Assembly: GCA_036564175.1 (NCBI GenBank)
Contig: DATCKZ010000012.1
Span: 18,373-82,372, forward strand
Source: Natronosporangium sp.
GTDB lineage: Bacteria; Actinomycetota; Actinomycetes; Mycobacteriales; Micromonosporaceae
Length of the DNA stretch: 64,000 nucleotides
Direction: 5' to 3'
Shown: positions 28,905 through 38,782 of the stretch, one piece after another
Numbering within the stretch: position 1 is the first letter of the stretch
Layout of the letters: every line of letters begins with the position of its first letter
The notes under the pieces: generated by a model
Seen by the model: only the letters and a program-made list of their open reading frames with translations
Databases searched by the model: none
Told to the model about the DNA's origin: nothing
Translations under genes and position numbers: made by a program

Positions 28905-29069
28905 TTGACCGGCGGGCGCGGCGCTGTCATCCTCCCCACACAGTCAGCGTCATCAGGCGTGCCCGCGGGTGGTCCCGCCGGCCGAGCGGAATGGGGTGAG
29001 GTCACCGATGACTGTGCCTGCCCGGTGCCTTCGCCTGCCCTCATTCCGATCGACCAAAAGGGACTTACG
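28905..29069 (+). promoter_or_regulatory. Sigma-70-type promoter and about 130-nt structured 5' leader of the SAM decarboxylase gene
   Basis: TTGACC-N17-CATCCT (28905-28933); complementary segments 28939-46/29009-16, 28949-54/29007-12 and 28987-96/29039-48. Confidence 0.55.
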
Positions 29070-29468
29070 TTGTCTGATTACGATGGAACGGACATGTGCT
29101 CCTACGCCATCGACGTATGGCTGGAGGACACCTCTCTGCTGACCGACCCGGCGAGGCTGCTCAGGTTGCTGCGCGACGCCGCGGCGGTGGGGCACGCGGT
29201 GGTGCTGGGCGAGGCCCATCACCAGTTCCCGAACGGCGCGGTCACCGCGATGCTGGTGCTGTCGCAGTCGCACCTCAGCGTCCACACCTGGCCCGAGTAC
29301 GGGTCGGCCAACTTCGACCTGCTGACCTGTGGCCGGCTCAGCGGCGAGTCGATGGTGCGGCACCTGACCGGCGCGCTGCGGCCGATCAGCTGGCAGCTCA
29401 GCCGGGTCAGCCGGGCGGTCCGGGATCCGGTGACCGCCGTCCGGGAGCCGGTGCCCGGCGTCCGCTGA
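29070..29468 (+). CDS. speD: Pyruvoyl-dependent S-adenosylmethionine decarboxylase family proenzyme (SpeD/SpeH-like)
   Basis: HQFPNGAVTAMLVLSQSHLSVHTWPE...DLLTCG; AAAGGGA RBS before TTG 29070 (alternative ATG 29094). Confidence 0.82.
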   Translation: MSDYDGTDMCSYAIDVWLEDTSLLTDPARLLRLLRDAAAVGHAVVLGEAHHQFPNGAVTAMLVLSQSHLSVHTWPEYGSANFDLLTCGRLSGESMVRHLTGALRPISWQLSRVSRAVRDPVTAVREPVPGVR

Positions 29469-30792
29469 CGAACCGGCACAGGCTGCCGATGGTTCGCAGG
29501 CAGTCCAGCGCCAGGTCTTCGGCGGCGACGTCGACCCCGAGCCGGTCGCGGATCGCCGCCAGCAACCGGGCGCCGGCGAGCGAGCCGAGCGGCAGTGGTC
29601 CGTGGAGCAGGTCGGTGGTCGCCGGCAACCGGTCGACCACCGACCGCTCCACCCCGAGCGCCTCGGCGAGCAGCTCCCGGACCACCGCATCCACTGACTC
29701 CGCTTCCGGCTCCGCGGCCGCCGATTGCTTCGGCGCGGTGATCGTGAGCCATGGTGGCGGGGCGGGTGGGTCGGCGGCCAGCCGGCGGGCGAGCACGCCC
29801 GGGTCCGCGGTGGCCTCGAACCCGACCTGCCGCAGCAGCACCCGCAGCTCCAGGTTCGCCTGTTGCGGGCGTACGTCCATCAGCAGGCGCGCGGCGCCGC
29901 TAGCCCGCGCCTGCGCCAGAATCCAGTGCAGGAAGGCGGTGGGTACGCCGCGGCCGATCGCCCGGCAGGAGACCGTGAACAGGTGCAGCCTGGGGTCGGC
30001 AGCGCCCGGCCGAGGGTCGGCGGCGCGCTCGAGCAGCGCGGCGCCGATCAGCCCGTAGTCGCCGAACCGGTCGGTGAGCCTGGCCGCCGCTACCAGCCAG
30101 CCCGGATCCGCCACCAGCTCGGCGAGCCGGTGCCGGGGCCAGCCGGCGCCGGTCGAATTGAAGCGGTGGGTACGGGCGACCAGCTCGGCCAGCCGATCCA
30201 GATCGGCGACGGTCGCCGGGGCGACGGTGAGCCGGATCCGGCAACCCCGCAGGAACGCGGCCCGGTCGCCGGCGAACCCCGCCTCGGCCGCCCGGCGCTG
30301 CTGCTCCTGCCGGTACCGGGTGACCCGGCGCCGGCCGTCTTCGGTGACCACCGGCGGGTTGAACCGGGGCGTGTCGAGCTGGGCGTAGAGCTGGTCCGGT
30401 GCGAGCACGAGCACCTCCGGCAGCAGCGCGGCGACCTCTGCCCGCTCGAACGGGTCGTCGTCGACGAACGCGATCGCCGCCGGCGCGATGCCGAGCTCGG
30501 CGGCGATCCGGCGCAGCGCCTCGCTCTTGTGCCCCCAGCCGAGCTGGCCGGCGACGAACCGGTCGCGCAGCGCCGGGTCACGGTCGAGCAGCCCGCCGAC
30601 CGACGGGTCGGTGCGGCTGGCGACGCTGTTGACGATGCCACGTGCTTCGAGTCGCTCGATCGCGGCCAGTGCCGCCGGGAACGGCCGCGGTTGCTGGCCG
30701 GCCGGCAGCTCCACCGCGACCTCCGGCCAGAGCGTGCCGTCGAGGTCCCAAACCACGCACTTCACCGGGGCGGTCACCGGGTCAGCCGGCAT
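29407..30792 (-). CDS. FkbH-like HAD-IIIC glyceryl transferase fused to a C-terminal acyl carrier protein domain
   Basis: VKCVVWDLDGTLW, WGHKS, AFVDDDPFERAEV, RTHRFNSTG, DRFGDYGLIG, VSCRAIGRG; C-terminal ACP-like helices around LGSL..ARLLAAIRDRLGVDV...LRTIGSL. Confidence 0.82.
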   Translation of the reverse strand: MPADPVTAPVKCVVWDLDGTLWPEVAVELPAGQQPRPFPAALAAIERLEARGIVNSVASRTDPSVGGLLDRDPALRDRFVAGQLGWGHKSEALRRIAAELGIAPAAIAFVDDDPFERAEVAALLPEVLVLAPDQLYAQLDTPRFNPPVVTEDGRRRVTRYRQEQQRRAAEAGFAGDRAAFLRGCRIRLTVAPATVADLDRLAELVARTHRFNSTGAGWPRHRLAELVADPGWLVAAARLTDRFGDYGLIGAALLERAADPRPGAADPRLHLFTVSCRAIGRGVPTAFLHWILAQARASGAARLLMDVRPQQANLELRVLLRQVGFEATADPGVLARRLAADPPAPPPWLTITAPKQSAAAEPEAESVDAVVRELLAEALGVERSVVDRLPATTDLLHGPLPLGSLAGARLLAAIRDRLGVDVAAEDLALDCLRTIGSLCRFVSGRRAPAPGRRSPDPGPPG

Positions 30793-31258
30793 CGGCCCGC
30801 CACTTCATGGTCAGAAACGCCGGCGCGAACCCGTACTTCCGGTACAGCGTCCGCATCGCCAGATTGTCCACATGCACCCGCCCGACCACCTCCGTGACCT
30901 GCTGCGCCCGGGCGTACCCAAGGGCGTGCTCGAGCAGCGCCTCGGCGGTGCCGGCCGGCGCGTCCGGCGCCACCGCCAGCGACCGGAAGTTGGCGTACCG
31001 AGCGCCGGTGAGGAAGTTCGTGTTGATCGCCAGCCAGAGCCAGCCGGTGACCGGCCCGGTGCTGTTGTCGCGGTCGGTGACGAACATGCCGGCCCGGTCC
31101 CGCTCCAGCGCCTTCGCCAGCTTCCGCTGGTGGACGGCCGGGTCGGTGACCGCGTCCTCGCCGAACGACACCTCCGCGATCGTGACCTCGAAGGCCGCGA
31201 GCGCCGGCAGGTCCCGCGGCTCGGCCAACCGGACCACCGGTCCCGGCCGCTGCGTCAT
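30782..31258 (-). CDS. GNAT-fold N-acyltransferase
   Basis: VRLAEPRDL, GWLWL, LAVAP, VHVDNLAMRTLYRKYGF; coupled to both neighbours by short overlaps. Confidence 0.8.
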   Translation of the reverse strand: MTQRPGPVVRLAEPRDLPALAAFEVTIAEVSFGEDAVTDPAVHQRKLAKALERDRAGMFVTDRDNSTGPVTGWLWLAINTNFLTGARYANFRSLAVAPDAPAGTAEALLEHALGYARAQQVTEVVGRVHVDNLAMRTLYRKYGFAPAFLTMKWRADAG

Positions 31259-32310
31259 CGCCGGCCAACCCGCGACTGCGCGGTATAGAGCGGGCCGGCG
31301 TAGTGGCCGGGCACCGCGCTCGCCGTCACGGTCGTCGTGACCAGCCAGGACAGGTGGCTCACGCCGCCGAGCACGCCGCTTCCTTCGTACTCGTTGAAAT
31401 TGCGGTAGCTGGCCTGCACGGCGAGCCCGATCTCGGCGACCGCCCGCTGGACGGCGAGCGTGTCATCCGGACCCTTCGGGCCGAACGAGAACGCGATCGG
31501 CCGGCCCGGGCCGGGCAGCAGCCCTTCGACCACCCGGGACAAGAACAGCCGCGCTCCGGCCACCGTGTACGGCGGGTCGGTCATCGCGGTCTGGAACCGG
31601 CCGCGCAGCCGGTCCGGCAGTGGATCGCGCAGGTCGTGCCGGCACCGGTCAACCTGGACCCCGGGGTTGCCGAGCTCGGCCTGCGCCTCGCCGATGAACC
31701 CGAGCAGGTCGGCCGAGATCTCGACCACCGCGAGCCGGCGGACCAGCGGCTGGCCGAGTGCCTGGCTCGCCGCCAGCAGGCTGAGCGACATCAGGTCGTC
31801 GTCGCCCACGATCAGCATCGACTCGGCCGGCAGGAGGTCGAGCTTGAGCAGCAGGGCGATCCGGCGCAGCTTGGTCGCGATCGTGCAGTGTGACTGGTCG
31901 AGCGCGAGGTCGGCGGCGGGCACCCGGGCCTGCAACGCGGCGAGCCGGTCGGCGACCGCTCGGAGCGGTTCCGGGATGGCGAGCCCGCCGCCGTCGCAGC
32001 CGGGGCAACGCAGGTCGAGCGCGGGGTCCGGCCCGAGCAGTGCGAGCCCTCGCTCGGTGAGCCGGGACGGCCGGTCCCGGGTGACCAGGCCGCGCCGGCG
32101 CAGCTCATTCGTGACCGCAGCGACCACCGGGACCGGGATGCCGGTCTGCCGGCTCACCTGCCGGGTCGGCGCGGGGGAGAGCCGGCGGATCGCGGACAGC
32201 ACTCGGTGCACGCCGGGCGCGCCTTCCTGCAGACCCACCGCCGCGGCAACGGACTCCAACACCGACTCGTGCATGCTGGCGGTCAATCTACGCCGCCCGG
32301 CCGCCGTCAC
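31255..32310 (-). CDS. BpsA/DUF43-like bis-aminopropyl-spermidine synthase (branched-chain polyamine synthase) family protein
   Basis: N-terminal wHTH, CPGCDGGG, LDQSHCT...RR, VGDDDLMSL, HDLRDPLP, TDPPYT..G..LFLSR, FNEY; alternative start ATG 32274 (TAGATT 10 nt upstream). Confidence 0.82.
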   Translation of the reverse strand: MTAAGRRRLTASMHESVLESVAAAVGLQEGAPGVHRVLSAIRRLSPAPTRQVSRQTGIPVPVVAAVTNELRRRGLVTRDRPSRLTERGLALLGPDPALDLRCPGCDGGGLAIPEPLRAVADRLAALQARVPAADLALDQSHCTIATKLRRIALLLKLDLLPAESMLIVGDDDLMSLSLLAASQALGQPLVRRLAVVEISADLLGFIGEAQAELGNPGVQVDRCRHDLRDPLPDRLRGRFQTAMTDPPYTVAGARLFLSRVVEGLLPGPGRPIAFSFGPKGPDDTLAVQRAVAEIGLAVQASYRNFNEYEGSGVLGGVSHLSWLVTTTVTASAVPGHYAGPLYTAQSRVGRR

Positions 32311-32349
32311 GCTCCGGGTTTCGGGCCGCCTACCCCCGCATCTGGGCGC

Positions 32350-32405
32350 CGATCATGGAGTTTCGCGCGACTGGCCGGGCGACCCGCGCGACAACTCCAT
32401 GATCG
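32350..32405. repeat. REP-like palindromic element downstream of acn
   Basis: CGATCATGGAGTT...AACTCCATGATCG 13-bp inverted repeats plus inner TCGCGCG/CGCGCGA. Confidence 0.75.
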
Positions 32406-32415
32406 ACGCGAGAAA

Positions 32416-35199
<2,784 letters not shown>

Positions 35200-35299
35200 G
35201 TCATACCCCCTTGTGCCGCTGCGATCGTGTCTGACCAAGTCTTCCGTACCCAGTGAGTGCCCGTTCCATTAGGCGGGGCTTACCCGAACCGGGCTTATC

Positions 35300-35331
35300 C
35301 AAACCGTACGTCCGTCTTGTTAAACAGTCAA
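35300..35331 (-). promoter_or_regulatory. acn promoter with overlapping putative AcnR operator
   Basis: Minus strand TTGACT-N17-TACGGT; CAAACCGTACGTCCGTCTTG matches 16/20 positions of the acnR palindrome core. Confidence 0.7.
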
Positions 35332-35506
35332 GCGGGGTCCGCGGCCGGGTAGGTCCGCGGTCACGAGGACCGGCAGTCAAGCGGGGTTCGCTGCCGGCTC
35401 GGCCCCGGAGGTTTACGGAGGTTCATATCCGGCGGGCCGGCCGGACGATGCTAGTGTCCGGTGCCGTGGGTCTCGTGATCGCCGCCGCCGCTCGGATGCT
35501 GCTCGC

Positions 35507-36535
35507 ATGACCGAGCTCGCATTCGCGGTCATGGTGGCGGTGGCGTCGTCGGCCTGCTACGCGGTCGGCGCCGTGGTCCAGGAGCGGCTCGCGGTCCGGG
35601 TGCCGTTGCGCCGTGCCGGCCTCCTGCTCGCCAGCCGGGGCTGGTGGCTCGCGGTCGGGCTGGCCGGCTTCGGCACGGTGCTGCACGTGGTGTCGCTGCG
35701 GTACGGACCGCTCAGCCTGATCCAGCCGCTCGGGGCGCTCACCCTGGTGCTGGCGCTGCCGGTCGGGGCGGCGCTGGTCGGCCGGCCGGTGACCGCGGTC
35801 CAGTGGCGCGGCGCCGGGATGACCACCGCCGGACTGGCGGTGCTGCTGGTGCTGACCGCCCCGGTCGCCCGGGTCGGCACCCTGTCCACCGGCCAGACCG
35901 TGCTGGTGACCGGCGTGACCGGGATCGTGATGCTGGGGCTGGTGATCGGCGCGATCCTGGCCCGCCGGGTGGTGGTGCCCCGGAGCCTGTTGTTCGCGGT
36001 GGCCGCCGGGCTCGCGTTCGGGGTCGGTTCGGCGATCACCCAGACGGTCGCGGTCCGGTTCACCACCGACGGGATCGCCGGGCTGCTGACCCCGGGCACC
36101 CCGGCGGTGGTCGGGTTCGCGATCGGCGGGTTCATGCTGGCGCAGGCCGGCTACCGGGGCGCCGGGCTGGGGGCGCCGCTGGCGATCCTGACCCTGGTCA
36201 ACCCGGCCGCCGCCTCGCTGATCGGGTTCACGATGCTCGGCGAGCGCTACGCCGGGGGAGTGCCCGGGGTAGCGCTCGCCGGCATCGCCGCGGTCATCTC
36301 CGCCTGGGGGGTGGCGCTGCTGGTGCAGCCACCCGCGAAGGTCTCGGCCAGCCGCGCCGCGGCCGGCCGAGCCTCGGCCGGTCGCGGCGCAGCTGGCCAG
36401 CGGTCAGGACCGGCCGGCGCCGGCGCCCGCGCCGACCGGCTCCGGTTCCTCGACCGGCCGGTCGCCAAGCGCGGTCCGGAGCTTGTCACCCTCGACGTCC
36501 ACGTTGGGCACGATCCGATCGAGCCAGCGCGGTAG
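35507..36535 (+). CDS. DMT (EamA-like/NIPA) family membrane transporter
   Basis: CYAVGAVVQE, LHVVSLRYGPLSLIQPLGALTLV, NP..A..IG..MLGE; about 9 TM helices; low-complexity tail. Confidence 0.8.
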   Translation: MTELAFAVMVAVASSACYAVGAVVQERLAVRVPLRRAGLLLASRGWWLAVGLAGFGTVLHVVSLRYGPLSLIQPLGALTLVLALPVGAALVGRPVTAVQWRGAGMTTAGLAVLLVLTAPVARVGTLSTGQTVLVTGVTGIVMLGLVIGAILARRVVVPRSLLFAVAAGLAFGVGSAITQTVAVRFTTDGIAGLLTPGTPAVVGFAIGGFMLAQAGYRGAGLGAPLAILTLVNPAAASLIGFTMLGERYAGGVPGVALAGIAAVISAWGVALLVQPPAKVSASRAAAGRASAGRGAAGQRSGPAGAGARADRLRFLDRPVAKRGPELVTLDVHVGHDPIEPAR

Positions 36536-38629
36536 CCACCAGGCCCGGCGCTTGAGCAGCGCCAGCACCGCCGGCACCAGGGTCATCCGGACCACGAACG
36601 CGTCCAGCGCGATCGCGATCGACAGCGCCAGCGCGACCTGGATGATGAAGTCCTCGCCGGAGAGCATGAACCCGGCGAACACGCTGATCATGATGATCGC
36701 GGCGGCCGTGACCACCCGGGAGCCGTGCTGGAAGCCGGTGACGATCGCCGGGATCGGCGGCTTGCCGTGTACGTACTCCTCCCGCATCCGGGTCACCAGG
36801 AACACCTGGTAGTCCATGGCGAGCCCGAACACCACCCCGATCAGGAAGATCGGCAGGAAGCTGATGATCATGTGGCTCTGCTCGAACGGCAGGTAGTCGG
36901 TCAGCCAGCCCCACTGGAAGACCGCCACCACCGCGCCGAACGTGGCCCCCACCGTGAGCAGGAACCCGAGCGCCGCCTTCAGCGGCACCAGGATCGACCG
37001 GAACACCAGGATCAGCAGCACGAACGACAGACCCACCACCAGGCTCAGGTAGGGCAGCAGCGCCCCGGCCAGCCGCTCGTTGAAGTCCGCGACGATCGCG
37101 GTGTTGCCGCTGACGTACACCTGCGCCCCGGTTGCCGCCTCGATCCCTTCGACCCGCTCCCGGATCGCGTCCACGAGGTCCTCGGTGGCCGCGCTGTTCG
37201 GGGCCTCGACCGGGGTGACCATCACCAGCCCGGTGTCACCGGCCTGGTTGAACTGCGCCTCCGGCTGGACGAACGCGACGTTGTCCAGCCCCTGCACCGC
37301 CTGGACCAGCTGCTGACCGGCGGCCTGCGGGTCGGCGCCGCTGCCGGCACCGTCGATGATCACCATCAGCGGCCCGTTGAAGCCGGCCCCGAACCCCTCG
37401 GCGATCAGGTCGTACGCCTTGCGCTGGGTGGTGTCCTCCGGCATCGAGCCCTCGTCCGGCAAGCCCAGCCGCATCGAGGTCACCGGGATCGCCAGCGCCA
37501 GCATCGCCAGTCCGACCACGGCCAGCACGGTCGCCGGCCGGCGGGTGACCATCCGCACCCACCGGGTGCCAAGGCTCGGCCGGCCGTTGGCGTCATCGGC
37601 CTCCGGGTCGCGAGCCCGCAGGCCCGGAATCCGGCCACCCAGGATCCGCTTGCCGGCAAACCCGCACATCGCCGGCAGCATGGTCAGCGCGATCAGCACC
37701 GACATCGCCACCGCGAGCGCGGCCGCCAGCCCCATCTCGGTGAGGATCGGGATGTTGGCGACGAACATCCCGGTAAGCGCGATCATCACGGTCAGGCCGG
37801 CGAACACCACCGCCGATCCGGCCGTGCCGAGGGCTCGGCCCATCGCCTCCTCGCGCTCGCGGCCGCGACTCAGCTCGTGCCGGTACCTGGAGACGATGAA
37901 CAGCGAGTAGTCGATCGCCAGCGCCAGCCCGAGCATCATCGCCAGGGTCGGGGTGAAGCTGTTGAGGTCCATGACCGCGGTCGCGGCGGAGATCGCCGAA
38001 ATCGTGATGCCGATCCCGATGATCGCGTTCAGCAGCGGCAGGCCGGCCGCGACGAACGAGCCGAACGTGATGATCAGTACGATTGCGGCGACCGCCAGCC
38101 CGATCAGCTCGGCGGATCCCTGCTCGAACTCCTCAACCAGCGCGTCGCCGGCCATCTCCACGGTCAGCCCGGCGTCGCGGGCACCGGTCACCGCTTCGTC
38201 GAGTTCTTCGTTCGCGGCCGGCAACGCGACCCCGAACCGAACCTCGGCGAACCCGATCCGGCCGTCCGGTGAGACCGTGCCGGCCTGGAACGGATCGGAG
38301 ACGTTCACCACGTCCGGCACCTGGCCGAGTTCGGTGAGGGTTTCGGCGATCGCGGCCTGGTTCTCCGGGTCGTTGAGGGTTTCCCCGGCCGGCGCCGCGA
38401 ACACCACTCGAGCCGACGCGCCATCGCCGCCCGCCTCTGGGAACCGTTCGTTGAGCAGCTCCAACGCCTCAACGGACTCCATGCCGGGGATCTCGAACGA
38501 GTCAACGGTCCCCTCAGCGAGCCGGTAGGAGGCGAACCCCGTCAGCACCAACAGCCCCAACCAGATCGCGAGCACCGTCTTGCGCCGGCGGAACGCCAGC
38601 CTGCCAAGCCGGTAGAGGAAGGTGGACAC
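36404..38629 (-). CDS. MMPL/RND family transporter
   Basis: FLYRLGRLAFRRR, GLALAIDYSLFIVSRYR, FGLAMDYQVFLVTRMRE, WWLPRWL; GGGAG RBS before GTG 38629. Confidence 0.93.
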   Translation of the reverse strand: MSTFLYRLGRLAFRRRKTVLAIWLGLLVLTGFASYRLAEGTVDSFEIPGMESVEALELLNERFPEAGGDGASARVVFAAPAGETLNDPENQAAIAETLTELGQVPDVVNVSDPFQAGTVSPDGRIGFAEVRFGVALPAANEELDEAVTGARDAGLTVEMAGDALVEEFEQGSAELIGLAVAAIVLIITFGSFVAAGLPLLNAIIGIGITISAISAATAVMDLNSFTPTLAMMLGLALAIDYSLFIVSRYRHELSRGREREEAMGRALGTAGSAVVFAGLTVMIALTGMFVANIPILTEMGLAAALAVAMSVLIALTMLPAMCGFAGKRILGGRIPGLRARDPEADDANGRPSLGTRWVRMVTRRPATVLAVVGLAMLALAIPVTSMRLGLPDEGSMPEDTTQRKAYDLIAEGFGAGFNGPLMVIIDGAGSGADPQAAGQQLVQAVQGLDNVAFVQPEAQFNQAGDTGLVMVTPVEAPNSAATEDLVDAIRERVEGIEAATGAQVYVSGNTAIVADFNERLAGALLPYLSLVVGLSFVLLILVFRSILVPLKAALGFLLTVGATFGAVVAVFQWGWLTDYLPFEQSHMIISFLPIFLIGVVFGLAMDYQVFLVTRMREEYVHGKPPIPAIVTGFQHGSRVVTAAAIIMISVFAGFMLSGEDFIIQVALALSIAIALDAFVVRMTLVPAVLALLKRRAWWLPRWLDRIVPNVDVEGDKLRTALGDRPVEEPEPVGAGAGAGRS

Positions 38630-38782
38630 CAGGAAACTCCCGTCAAGCTGTAATTTCCGGACAATCGTACGGCTGCCGGGTCTCCGGCGACCGTCGCTTG
38701 CAGACAATGTGTTGCGCACCACCGGTGTACCCGGCTGGGGCTGTGAGTTGACTGAGAAATTGACGGCCTATGCTGGTCGGCG

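Noticed and set aside
28940-29069. Canonical SAM-I or SAM-IV riboswitch call
   Set aside because: Only a P1-like pairing is seen and the conserved GCAAC core is missing, so it is reported only as a candidate structured leader.
29407-30792. Part of a PKS/NRPS/tetronate biosynthetic cluster
   Set aside because: No ketosynthase, FabH-like, adenylation, condensation or methoxymalonyl-pathway dehydrogenase genes occur in the 64 kb.
31255-32310. DPPY motif suggesting an N6-adenine DNA/RNA methyltransferase or defence system
   Set aside because: GDDD, DQxxxT, DLRxPLP and FNxY motifs plus the adjacent SAM decarboxylase fit BpsA/DUF43 better, and there is no nuclease nearby. Not excluded biochemically.
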